DNA of 64,000 nt from an uncultured Gammaproteobacteria bacterium (GTDB taxonomy: Bacteria > Patescibacteriota > Patescibacteriia > CAYZDG01). A program made the position numbers and the translations under genes. The number at the start of each line of letters is the position of its first letter. The stretch's first letter is position 1. Shown piece by piece: positions 19,264 through 27,850 of this stretch. The stretch covers positions 2,178 through 66,177 of the forward strand of contig CAZHXI010000005.1 in the NCBI GenBank assembly GCA_964536515.1, written 5' to 3'. The notes beneath the pieces were generated by a model, which saw nothing but the letters and a program-made list of their open reading frames with translations, was not told where the DNA came from and searched no databases.

Positions 19264-19455
19264 CTTGACAGCGCCGAGACGTAAGCCTAAGGTAGCCTCG
19301 TCATTGGCTCCTTAGCGACATTTTCTCATGTTCGTAGCGAAGGGGGTTTTTGGCTTCTAGCTAACGAAGATATGGCTAGCGACATGGCGCAAGAACATGA
19401 GCAGCTAGAGTAGTAACTGAGCAGAGGCAAAATAGTTGAACACGCGACCTGCTTA

Positions 19456-19486
19456 CCCCGGACTGCAGTCCGGGGTCTTCTTTAAT
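19456..19486 (+). terminator. rho-independent terminator (CCCCGGACT/AGTCCGGGG followed by TCTTCTTT)
   Basis: Perfect 9-bp stem followed by a T-run in the proS-tgt spacer. Confidence 0.55.
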
Positions 19487-19511
19487 CTATTGAATCGTGT
19501 ACCATTGCGGC

Positions 19512-20666
19512 ATGATTAAATTCACCACGATTAAACAGTCGAAGAAATCCCGTGCCCGCCTTGGCATACTCAAGACCCCGCACGGCGAGGTAGAAACGCC
19601 GTGCCTGGTGGGCGTGGCCACGCAGGCTACGGTAAAGACGCTGACCAGCGCCGAGGTAAAAGCCTGCGGCAGCCAGATGCTGATCAGCAACACCTTCCAC
19701 CTGCACCTAAAGCCCGGCGAGAAGTTCGTTAAGAAAGCCGGCGGCACGCACAGGTTCATGGCCTGGGATAGGCCGCTGATGACAGACTCCGGTGGGTTCC
19801 AGGTATTCTCGTTGGGCTTCGGCAAAGACCTCAGGGTGGGCAAGAAGCTTTCGAAGTTCTCCAACATCACGGCGCGAGACAAGGACCTGGTGAAGGTCCA
19901 CGACCAGCCGCGGCAGGTGAAAATTACGGACGAGGGCGCCAGCTTCAAGTCGCCGTACGACGGCGCCAACATTTTCATCGGGCCCAAGGAGTCTATCCGC
20001 ATCCAGGAGGCGCTGGGGGCAGACATTATCCTGGCGTTCGACGAGTGCACCCCGCCGCTGGCTAGCCGCGAGTACGTGGCTAAATCTATGGCCCGCACGC
20101 ATAGCTGGGCCAAGGTCTGCCTCAAGGTTAAGAAGACCGAGCAGGCTCTGTACGGCATCGTGCAGGGGTCGCGGTTCCAGGACCTGCGCCGCGAGAGCGC
20201 CGAGTTCATTGCCAGCCTGCCATTCGACGGCTACGCCATCGGCGGCGACCTGGGCGAGAGCAAGCAGCAGACGGCCGACGTTCTAGACTGGACCGTCCCC
20301 TACCTGGACCAGGGCAAGCCCCGCCACCTGCTGGGCATCGGCAAGCTGGATGACCTGGAGCTCATCATCCGCGGCGGCGCCGACACCTTCGACTGCACCG
20401 TGCCCACCCACTACGCCCGCCACGGCATCGCCTTCACCGACCGCGGCCAGATCGACCTGCACCGCACGACCTTCCTGGAAGACAAGAAGCCGCTAGATAG
20501 CCGCTGCGAGTGCTCCACCTGCCAGACGTACACGCGTGCCTACCTGTGCCACCTCATCCGCAGCCACGAGCTGACCGGCCTACGGCTGATGACCATCCAC
20601 AATCTTACCTACTTCAACGCCAAGGTAACGGCGCTGCGGGAAAGAATTAAGGCGGGCAAGCTCTAA
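19512..20666 (+). CDS. tgt: queuine tRNA-ribosyltransferase Tgt
   Basis: Zn site CECSTCQTYTRAYLCHL and catalytic Asp regions; the ORF starts at 19497, the probable Met is MIKFT. Confidence 0.9.
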   Translation: MIKFTTIKQSKKSRARLGILKTPHGEVETPCLVGVATQATVKTLTSAEVKACGSQMLISNTFHLHLKPGEKFVKKAGGTHRFMAWDRPLMTDSGGFQVFSLGFGKDLRVGKKLSKFSNITARDKDLVKVHDQPRQVKITDEGASFKSPYDGANIFIGPKESIRIQEALGADIILAFDECTPPLASREYVAKSMARTHSWAKVCLKVKKTEQALYGIVQGSRFQDLRRESAEFIASLPFDGYAIGGDLGESKQQTADVLDWTVPYLDQGKPRHLLGIGKLDDLELIIRGGADTFDCTVPTHYARHGIAFTDRGQIDLHRTTFLEDKKPLDSRCECSTCQTYTRAYLCHLIRSHELTGLRLMTIHNLTYFNAKVTALRERIKAGKL

Positions 20667-20704
20667 AGAGAAGAGGGCCGCAGCTGCGGCCCTCGGTTAC
20701 ATTC

Positions 20705-21547
20705 CTAACCCCCGGAGATAAGGCTGTCGGCAACGAAGGTGTGCCATCCGCTCAGCGGCGCGCTACCGTCGGCAAACGCCGCTTCGACCCCGCTCCATCT
20801 GAGCGCCCCCTCCGTCTCTACTACCCTGGCCTGGGCGAGCGGCGTAGCTACCGGCACCATTGTGCAGCCAACACGCGTAGCCTCCACATGCATACCAGCG
20901 TTCGGCCCATTCTCGCCCAGAGAGAGAGCAGAGGTAAGATCGGGCCAGCTCGCCAGCAACATGACGGCTCTCAGAGGATCTAACGAATCCCAGCTCGCGG
21001 GGCTCTCTGCCATCAGCTGAGAGAGGGCGGCGGGATCGACGTGGCACAGCCATCCTCGGTACTCACCGGTCGCGCCAGCGTACGGCACCCGTTCACGGCG
21101 GGTAAGGATGTACCAGTTGATACCTTCGCCCTGGACAGCGTCACGGAGCTCGCCCTCGATGGTGAGCATCCGTAGCTCATCGCCCCGCGATCGCCGCTTC
21201 TCAAAATTCCCCCGGAGCACAGCCACGGGCTCTGGCGCAGGTCGGTCGGCGACCTGCTGTACGAAACGAATGGCCAGCAGTAGACGGCTGTCGTTCAAGA
21301 ATGCGCCAACGGCTGAACCGAACCCCCACCTATCTCGCACCACTCCCCGCGCCAGGCCGAGCGCATTGATGTGCACCTGAGCATCCCAGTGCTCCACGGG
21401 CTGATCTGGCCTCAACGAGTATCCCAGCAGATGAAATTTGAATGGGCCGTGGAGCTCCGATTGCTCTCTCGTATCCATATCCCACTCTGTTTCCGATGGC
21501 TCTAACATTCCTCCACTACCTGGTCGGTCGCCTATTTGGTCACACAT
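20705..21547 (-). CDS. hypothetical protein
   Basis: Long ORF between tgt and ychF with no recognisable motifs. Confidence 0.35.
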   Translation of the reverse strand: MCDQIGDRPGSGGMLEPSETEWDMDTREQSELHGPFKFHLLGYSLRPDQPVEHWDAQVHINALGLARGVVRDRWGFGSAVGAFLNDSRLLLAIRFVQQVADRPAPEPVAVLRGNFEKRRSRGDELRMLTIEGELRDAVQGEGINWYILTRRERVPYAGATGEYRGWLCHVDPAALSQLMAESPASWDSLDPLRAVMLLASWPDLTSALSLGENGPNAGMHVEATRVGCTMVPVATPLAQARVVETEGALRWSGVEAAFADGSAPLSGWHTFVADSLISGG

Positions 21548-21671
21548 TGGTGCCTCCTATCGAATTGTTACAGTGCTACTTCAATGGCCCCACTGAACAC
21601 CACCCCCCAGCTGGGTGTCAACATTGCCGCCCCGTTCCCTCTTTGCTGCGTACGGTGTAATGTGTTCACCT

Positions 21672-22721
21672 ATGTCGCTGAAAGTTGGCCTGGTGGGCCT
21701 GCCCAATGCCGGAAAATCGACGCTGTTCACGGCGCTGACCCGTGTAGCAGTGCCGGCCGAGAACTACCCCTTCTGCACCATTGACCCCAACGTGGGCGTG
21801 GTGCCGGTGCCGGACGAACGGCTAGCCAAGCTTGCCGAGATTTCTAAGTCCGAAAAAATCATCCCGACCACCATTGAGTTCGTGGATATTGCCGGGCTGG
21901 TGAAGGGCGCAGCCGCCGGCGAGGGCCTGGGCAATAAGTTCCTGTCGCACATCCGCGAGGTAGACGCCATCGCCATGGTGCTGCGCGACTTCCGCGACCC
22001 CAACGTTACCCACGTCCACGGCGCCATAGACCCAGCAGAGGACCGCGGTGTGCTGGAGGTAGAGCTAGCCCTGGCTGACCTGCAGACCGTAACGGGCGCG
22101 CTAGAGCGGACGAGGTCCAAGCTTAAGTCTGGCGCCAACGCCGAGGTGAGCGCGCAGATTGGCGTACTGGAGCGGCTGAAGGCAGCGCTGGAGCAGAGCC
22201 AGCCTGCCCGCAGCGTTAACCTGACAGCCGAGGAGGAGCCGTACCGCCGCGAGCTAATGCTGCTCACCGCCAAGCCCCTACTGCTGGTGTACAACGTGGA
22301 CGAAGGCCAGGCTGGACCCGCCGGCAGCATAGCGCTGTGCGCAAAGGTAGAGGCCGAGCTGGCGGCGCTGCCGGATGCAGAGGCTGCCGAGTACATGGCT
22401 GCCCTGGGCGTTACCCAGTCTGGGCTAGACCAGCTCATTACGGCGGCCTACGGCGCCCTGGAGCTAGTTACCTTCCTCACCACCGGCCCCAAGGAAACCC
22501 GGGCCTGGACCGTTCGCGCCGGCACCGCCGCGCCGCAGGCCGCCGCCGTCATCCACTCCGACTTTGAGGCTGCCTTCATCCGAGCCGAGGTAATAGCTGC
22601 CGCTGACCTCATCAGCCTGGGCAGCGAAGCTGCATGCCGCGACGCCGGCAAGCTACGTATAGAGGGCAAGGCCTACGTAATCCAAGACGGAGACGTCTGC
22701 CACTTCAGGGTGGGGGTGTAG
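21672..22721 (+). CDS. ychF: ribosome-binding ATPase YchF (Obg-family GTPase)
   Basis: [20 protein letters not shown]1 motif and TGS-like C-terminus; the ORF starts at 21615. Confidence 0.9.
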   Translation: MSLKVGLVGLPNAGKSTLFTALTRVAVPAENYPFCTIDPNVGVVPVPDERLAKLAEISKSEKIIPTTIEFVDIAGLVKGAAAGEGLGNKFLSHIREVDAIAMVLRDFRDPNVTHVHGAIDPAEDRGVLEVELALADLQTVTGALERTRSKLKSGANAEVSAQIGVLERLKAALEQSQPARSVNLTAEEEPYRRELMLLTAKPLLLVYNVDEGQAGPAGSIALCAKVEAELAALPDAEAAEYMAALGVTQSGLDQLITAAYGALELVTFLTTGPKETRAWTVRAGTAAPQAAAVIHSDFEAAFIRAEVIAAADLISLGSEAACRDAGKLRIEGKAYVIQDGDVCHFRVGV

Positions 22722-22736
22722 GGTGTCGAAACACTA

Positions 22737-22757
22737 GAACACTGTGTACACGTGTTC
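22737..22757. terminator. palindrome GAACAC-TGTGTACAC-GTGTTC between the convergent ychF and the surface-protein operon; possible bidirectional terminator or operator
   Basis: Near-perfect dyad, followed by GTGTTC repeats. Confidence 0.3.
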
Positions 22758-22798
22758 TCCGTGTTCGTGTTCCCGCTTCCCCGTGTTCCTGCGCCCCC

Positions 22799-24283
22799 CT
22801 ACAATTCCCTCTCCAAATCCTTCATCTCGCGCTGCAGGATGGTCTCGCCCTCGTCGAGGTCGATCTTCAGCTGCGCCAGGATGCCCGCCTCCTCCTTGGT
22901 CAGCTCACGGCGGAGCCGGGCGTGCTCCAGCACCTTCAGCTGGTCGGCGACGTCGTGCCGCAGCTTGGCGAACGCCAGGTGCGTGCTGCGCTCTACCGAC
23001 CTAAGGTCGGTACGGAAGCGGCGGCGGAACTGGGCGAACTTGAACCAGCCGTACCAGACCACTGCCAGGCACAGCAGCAGCATGGCGACTGCGGGAATGA
23101 ACACCGCCATCCAGCTCACGGCCTGGCGGCTGACAACCTGAGCTGCGCTCAGCGGGGTGGGCGGAGGCGAAACGACGTCGAAGGCGTAGGAGTCGGCCAG
23201 CGAGTTGCCGGCGCGGTCGAAAGCCGAGGCACGGATACTGTGGCTCCCGGGCGTCAAGGTCGGCGTACGGTAGACTCCGGTGCCGTCGTCCCGCCAGATG
23301 ATCGGCTCGCTGCCGTCGATGAAGATGCGGTAGTAGTCTATGCCGGACATCGCATCGACCGCATCGAACTGGAAGGCCGCGCCGCCCTCCAGCCAAGCGG
23401 GGTGGTCCTCGACGCCCGCAATGATGTTCCGCTCCGGGCTCTTGGTATCGATGCGTACCCTACGGTGGCCGGCTGAGCCCCAGCCGTCCTTGGTCTGGAA
23501 GCGGGCGTGGAAGTACCAGGTGCCGTCTGCCACGTCGCGAAAAATGTAGCTGTCGAACAGGCCGTCCGAAGCTGTACCCGGAACGGTCGAGGGGCTCTGG
23601 TCTAAGACCACGCTCACCCCGGTAACGCCGTCCGGCAGCTTCCAGTTGAAGACCGGATTCCTGTCGTTGTACCACGAGTCCTCGTTGGGGTGGGTCGCCG
23701 ACGTAATGGCCGGAGCGGGGCCGCTCGGCGAAGCTGCCCGTGGCGCGGGATCCGTGGGTGGCGGGCCGTCGGAAACCACCAGAGAGGCGCTGGCCTGGCC
23801 GGTGAGAATGTTGGTGCCCTGCCCATCGTTCGCCAGCACCGATGCCTGCGAGAAGGCGAGGCGCGCCGTGCCAGCCGCCTTGGCGCGGAAGGTAACGGAG
23901 AGGACGCGCTTGGCCGTACCGCGGAACCCCGGGTTGAGGACTACGCCCTCGAACCGTACGTTGCCGTCTACATTGGAGTACGAAGGCTCCTGGACCCAGA
24001 AGTTGAACACCGATCCAGTCTTGTTGAGGCCGGTAACCTCTAGCTTATCCTTAGGGAACGTAACGACTCCCGAGGCAGCATTCATCGCCTGGTCGGCGCT
24101 GGTTACGTACACCCCTACGGTGAACGTGCTGCCTACGGCGTAGGTTCCAAGGGCGGGCGTAATGTACAGGCTGGCTGCCAGAGCTGGGGTCGCCCACAGC
24201 GCCGCCGTGCACGCCAAGAGCAGCTTCGCCAGCCAACGGCTGACGCGACTACCGACGGCTGGAGAACCGGTGACGGACGGCAT
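22799..24283 (-). CDS. cohesin-like domain surface protein, large paralog
   Basis: Signal peptide, cohesin-like beta-sandwich region (LYITPA..TFTVGVYV..VVTFPKDKLEV), HPNEDSWY/DVADGTWYFHARFQT modules, C-terminal TM helix and a cytoplasmic coiled-coil tail; paralog of 38944..40470. Confidence 0.65.
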   Translation of the reverse strand: MPSVTGSPAVGSRVSRWLAKLLLACTAALWATPALAASLYITPALGTYAVGSTFTVGVYVTSADQAMNAASGVVTFPKDKLEVTGLNKTGSVFNFWVQEPSYSNVDGNVRFEGVVLNPGFRGTAKRVLSVTFRAKAAGTARLAFSQASVLANDGQGTNILTGQASASLVVSDGPPPTDPAPRAASPSGPAPAITSATHPNEDSWYNDRNPVFNWKLPDGVTGVSVVLDQSPSTVPGTASDGLFDSYIFRDVADGTWYFHARFQTKDGWGSAGHRRVRIDTKSPERNIIAGVEDHPAWLEGGAAFQFDAVDAMSGIDYYRIFIDGSEPIIWRDDGTGVYRTPTLTPGSHSIRASAFDRAGNSLADSYAFDVVSPPPTPLSAAQVVSRQAVSWMAVFIPAVAMLLLCLAVVWYGWFKFAQFRRRFRTDLRSVERSTHLAFAKLRHDVADQLKVLEHARLRRELTKEEAGILAQLKIDLDEGETILQREMKDLEREL

Positions 24284-25178
24284 AGCTACCGAGTAATAGT
24301 AGCAGAACCGCCGCCCCCACGCCGTAGCCCAGCTTGCGGTGCGCCCCCGCGGGGTTGACCGTAGCCGAACGGACGTTCCCAGCCTGGTCTACCGCACGCA
24401 CGTGCAGCACCCGGCCGAGAGACTGGTCTTGCAGCGGGTACGGGCTGGTAGCAGAGGCCCACCGGGGCTGCGGTAGCAGGCGACCCCGCCAGCCACCCGG
24501 CTGCTCCCACACGTCGTAGTGGCTAATGCCCGATCGCTTATCGGTGGTGCTGAATACCAGGGTCCACCGGCCATCCGCAAGCTGCGAATTCTGCACCAGC
24601 GCAGGCTGGAATGGCTCGGGTGGGTCTCGGTCTGGCTTGCCCACCCCGAACACCGGCTGCTTCTCGGAACGGACGACTACCGACGTTCGGTCTAAAGACA
24701 GCTCCGCAGCCTGTCCGTCTGGGCCGTTGAGGTACACCCTGGTGCCGCTGGCGAAGCTGAGCGGCAGCTCGCCGCTCGCCCGGGGCGAGATGGTGAACGA
24801 GAATAGCTTGCCGCCCGTGCCCTGGAACCCGCCGGGCACAATGCCGGCGAACCGAACGGAGCGGCCGGCGTTCCGCACGCCGTCGCCTGCCTCCGCCGGA
24901 GGCGTCGGCCTCTCCAGCCACAGGCTGACCACCGAGCTGCCGTCGGCGGCGGCCACGACGGCGGCCACGTCCGAGCCGAGCTCGACCGAGCCATCCACCG
25001 CATTGACCGATTCATCCGGCGAGTCGAGCCTAACCTCGACCTCGAACGGCGCGTACAGGCTCTGCGTCAGCTCGGGAGCAGAGAAGTACAGACGGGCAGC
25101 TCGAGCGGCACTCGGCACCGCGAAGCACGCTGCGGGCAGGAGCAGCGCCAATGGAAGGATGATGGAACGGATGCGCAT
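24249..25178 (-). CDS. cohesin-like domain surface protein, small paralog with a C-terminal TM anchor
   Basis: Signal peptide, RLYFSAPEL..FEVEVRLDS cohesin-like N-terminus, C-terminal TM helix and a basic tail; paralog of 40474..41400. Confidence 0.6.
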   Translation of the reverse strand: MRIRSIILPLALLLPAACFAVPSAARAARLYFSAPELTQSLYAPFEVEVRLDSPDESVNAVDGSVELGSDVAAVVAAADGSSVVSLWLERPTPPAEAGDGVRNAGRSVRFAGIVPGGFQGTGGKLFSFTISPRASGELPLSFASGTRVYLNGPDGQAAELSLDRTSVVVRSEKQPVFGVGKPDRDPPEPFQPALVQNSQLADGRWTLVFSTTDKRSGISHYDVWEQPGGWRGRLLPQPRWASATSPYPLQDQSLGRVLHVRAVDQAGNVRSATVNPAGAHRKLGYGVGAAVLLLLLGSYAVRHRFSSRR

Positions 25179-25181
25179 AGG

Positions 25182-26246
25182 TCAGCCGGTCCAAGCGTAC
25201 GCCAGAATGCTGAAGTCCACGATGTCGATTCGTCCGTCCAGCTTCAGGTCCAGCGGGGCGGGCGGATTAGCCCGTCGGTACCAGTACGCCAGGATGCTGA
25301 AGTCCACCAGGTTCACCCGGCACTCGCCGGTGAAGTCGGCCCTGTTGGCGCAGACGTTGGTCCGACCCACGTTCCTGGTGCCCACCCTGAACCCGACCGA
25401 TTGGCCGTAGGGGCTGCTGCCCTCCCCGGCTTCGGCGCGAGCCTTGGCGCTGTGGTCGCCCACCTCCAGCGGCGCCGTATCTACCGACCGCTCGTACGCC
25501 CCGGCGAAGTCTGAGGTCGCCGTCGCCAGCAGCTCGACCTCGGAGTGAATGGCAATGGTAACCGCGGCGTTCGGCGCGCTCTGGCCGAACACCTTTATGG
25601 TCTCGCCGCGGCGGACCTCGTCACGGTCTAGGTCGATGGTTGAGGCAATGAAGATGCCCCCGACGGTGGTGATGGTGCCCTCCTCTACCTCCAGGGGAAA
25701 GGTCAGCAGGCTAGACCGCCGGCCGTCGGTATCCTCGCCGTAGAGCGAGAAGATGTAGCTGCCGCCCGCTAGCCCCACCAGCGAGAACTGGAAGCGGGCG
25801 TCGGGCCCGGCCACCGTGCTGCCCGCGGCCTGGCCGTCGCGCAGCACGGTTACCCTTCCGCCGGGGTACGATACTCCGGTGAAGGTAACGGTCGTGGGCA
25901 CGGGCAGCTCCGGCCGCGGCTGCTGCGGCCCGTCGACCGGTACCGGGCTACCCCCTCCCGAGCTGCCGCCGCCCGAGCTCCCCCCTCCGCCATCGTCGCC
26001 GCCGCCCGGGTCGTCTGGGTTGGTAACCTGCACCGTAATGTTCAACGGGTCTGCCAGCAGCAGGGCGGGCAGAGAGGCGAATGCCGCCACGGCTGCCCAC
26101 AGCAGCAGGGCGGGCAGCTTCGTAGAGCGTGCCACGGCTAGTCGCGCCGGCGCAGCTGCAGCTGGAAGCGCCGCCTGAACTGGGTCAGCCCCAGCAGCAC
26201 CAGCACCAGCCCCGCCAGCGGGATGACGGTTATCCGCCACGGCCAC
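25182..26246 (-). CDS. secreted dockerin-domain protein with a Gly/Ser linker
   Basis: C-terminus carries a duplicated Ca-binding segment DFTGECRVNLVDFSILAYWY / DLKLDGRIDIVDFSILAYAW (type-I dockerin pattern); the annotated start overlaps the upstream gene by ~109 bp, so the real start is probably a GTG/TTG near VARSTKLPALLLW. Confidence 0.65.
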   Translation of the reverse strand: MAVADNRHPAGGAGAGAAGADPVQAALPAAAAPARLAVARSTKLPALLLWAAVAAFASLPALLLADPLNITVQVTNPDDPGGGDDGGGGSSGGGSSGGGSPVPVDGPQQPRPELPVPTTVTFTGVSYPGGRVTVLRDGQAAGSTVAGPDARFQFSLVGLAGGSYIFSLYGEDTDGRRSSLLTFPLEVEEGTITTVGGIFIASTIDLDRDEVRRGETIKVFGQSAPNAAVTIAIHSEVELLATATSDFAGAYERSVDTAPLEVGDHSAKARAEAGEGSSPYGQSVGFRVGTRNVGRTNVCANRADFTGECRVNLVDFSILAYWYRRANPPAPLDLKLDGRIDIVDFSILAYAWTG

Positions 26247-27055
26247 GCCCAGATGCGAACCGTCGCCTGGTGCGTCTGCCCGTCGCCGTCGGTGGCCCTT
26301 AGGGTAGCCTTGAGCGGCCCCCAGTAGTAGCGGTCGCCCTCCACGAGGGCCTTCATGGTTCGGGATGTCTCGGGGAAGACGAACAGCCCGTCCAGGACGC
26401 CGGTTGCTACCGTCCGCCCGAACAGGTTCGTTACCGCAACCGTGCCCTTGGGCTGGTAGTGAACCGAGCCGGTATTCTCGAAGACGACGTTGAAGGCGAG
26501 CGGCCCGCGCTCCACGTAGCGGGGACCCGAGAACGAGCTGATACGCCCGCCGCGGGCAATATCGCCCGGCACCGAGACCATGAGCAGCGACCCGACGCGG
26601 GGCAGTATGCCCACGCCGGTGGTGCCGGTGGCAGCGCCAGAACCTTCGGAGGCATTGAAGAAGATAACGGCGAAGTGGCCACCGGGTGCGGCGTCCGCTG
26701 GCACGACGATGGTGTACGGCACCCTACGCTCCTCCTTCGGCTGCAGCGTAACGCTGGAGTCGGCTACGCTCACCCAGCCGGCCAGGCTACTCTTGCCGCC
26801 GGCGTTCTTCACGAAGGTAATGTTCGCCTCGCCCGTGGGGACAAAATCCTCGAAGGTCGGGGTAAGGGTGAGCGGCGTCTCTCCGTTATTGGTAATGATT
26901 ACGCTGTCGGTATACGAGGCGCCGGGCTGCAGCTCCAGCACGAACTTAACGGGCCGCAGGGTTAGGCTAACCCCAGCGGCGCTAGCCGGAGCCACGGCTA
27001 AAGACGCAGCCCCTGCAATTGCTAGGGTAACGGCGGTTAGCAGCGTTCGTTTCAT
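26138..27055 (-). CDS. cell-surface protein with a DUF916/DUF3324-like architecture (signal peptide, beta-rich ectodomain, C-terminal TM and RRRF tail)
   Basis: The topology and its position next to two proteins sharing a WxL-like C-terminal domain mirror Firmicutes WxL loci; sequence homology has not been verified. Confidence 0.4.
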   Translation of the reverse strand: MKRTLLTAVTLAIAGAASLAVAPASAAGVSLTLRPVKFVLELQPGASYTDSVIITNNGETPLTLTPTFEDFVPTGEANITFVKNAGGKSSLAGWVSVADSSVTLQPKEERRVPYTIVVPADAAPGGHFAVIFFNASEGSGAATGTTGVGILPRVGSLLMVSVPGDIARGGRISSFSGPRYVERGPLAFNVVFENTGSVHYQPKGTVAVTNLFGRTVATGVLDGLFVFPETSRTMKALVEGDRYYWGPLKATLRATDGDGQTHQATVRIWAWPWRITVIPLAGLVLVLLGLTQFRRRFQLQLRRRD

Positions 27056-27110
27056 AGGCTTAGCCCCAGCCTACCGAGGCAGCCTCGCTCGCACAAGGGC
27101 GTGGCGGCGG

Positions 27111-27779
27111 CTACGGGTTGGTGGTCACCGTATAGGTTACGGTGCCATCGTAGTTGCCGGTCTGCTGGGTCGTCGGTACGTCCAGCTTGTACCAAATGGG
27201 TAGGCTCGAGTTGCTTCCCTGGTAGACGCTGCAGTCGGCAATCTTCTTGCTAGCTGCCGAGCTGGTGGGAATGCCGGCGTACAGCGGCGATCCATCCACG
27301 CCCCACCAGGTAGCAGCCTGCAGGCAGGTTGTGGTTCCGGTAATGGGCACGCGGAAGGCGAGGCTGGTGGTGGCGGCGTAGGCCTCGGATCGCCCCGCAG
27401 ACGTAGTCGCAGCGGCGGGGACCCACTCGGTCATATCGGGAATATCAACGGCGGCGTTGGTGGTTAGGTCCATGGTGGCGTTGTCATCGGACCGCGACAG
27501 GGCGAAGTTGAAGCCCGTGCTGTTGTTCGTGGCAATGGTGCTGGTAGAGCTAGTCGCCACCGGGGTACCCGGCGTGAGGGCGGGGAAGGCAATGGTGGTT
27601 ACGGGCAGGGTGAGGGTAATGGCGGCCTGCACGGTTACGGTCAGGGTGGGCGTCTCGCTATCGGTAGCCGCCTGAGCTGCCGTGGTGAAGGGGTAGGCAA
27701 CCAGGGCGCAGCCTGCGGCGAGCAGCATCACGCTGGGAACCAGTTTCATGAACCTGCGAATGTCTTGCAGCTCTATCAT
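27111..27779 (-). CDS. small secreted WxL-like domain protein
   Basis: Signal peptide; the C-terminal ~190 aa are homologous to the C-terminus of the 1325-aa neighbour (WWGVDGSPLYAGIPT...IWYKLDVPTTQQTGNYDGTVTYTVTTNP). Confidence 0.5.
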   Translation of the reverse strand: MIELQDIRRFMKLVPSVMLLAAGCALVAYPFTTAAQAATDSETPTLTVTVQAAITLTLPVTTIAFPALTPGTPVATSSTSTIATNNSTGFNFALSRSDDNATMDLTTNAAVDIPDMTEWVPAAATTSAGRSEAYAATTSLAFRVPITGTTTCLQAATWWGVDGSPLYAGIPTSSAASKKIADCSVYQGSNSSLPIWYKLDVPTTQQTGNYDGTVTYTVTTNP

Positions 27780-27850
27780 AATTATTCTTTGGCGGTTAGC
27801 GATGAGACTATAGCACTTTTTCGACGGGCTGGTAATGCCTTATGCACACC

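Noticed and set aside
22728-22800. GTGTTC-containing repeats after ychF as a CRISPR-like array
   Set aside because: Only 4 short irregular hexamer repeats with no spacers and no cas genes. More likely a terminator or operator palindrome.
25900-26040. Short tandem repeats CCGAGCTGCCGCCGCC in the dockerin-protein linker as a separate repeat element
   Set aside because: They simply encode the low-complexity GGGSSGGG linker and are too short and irregular to call as an element.
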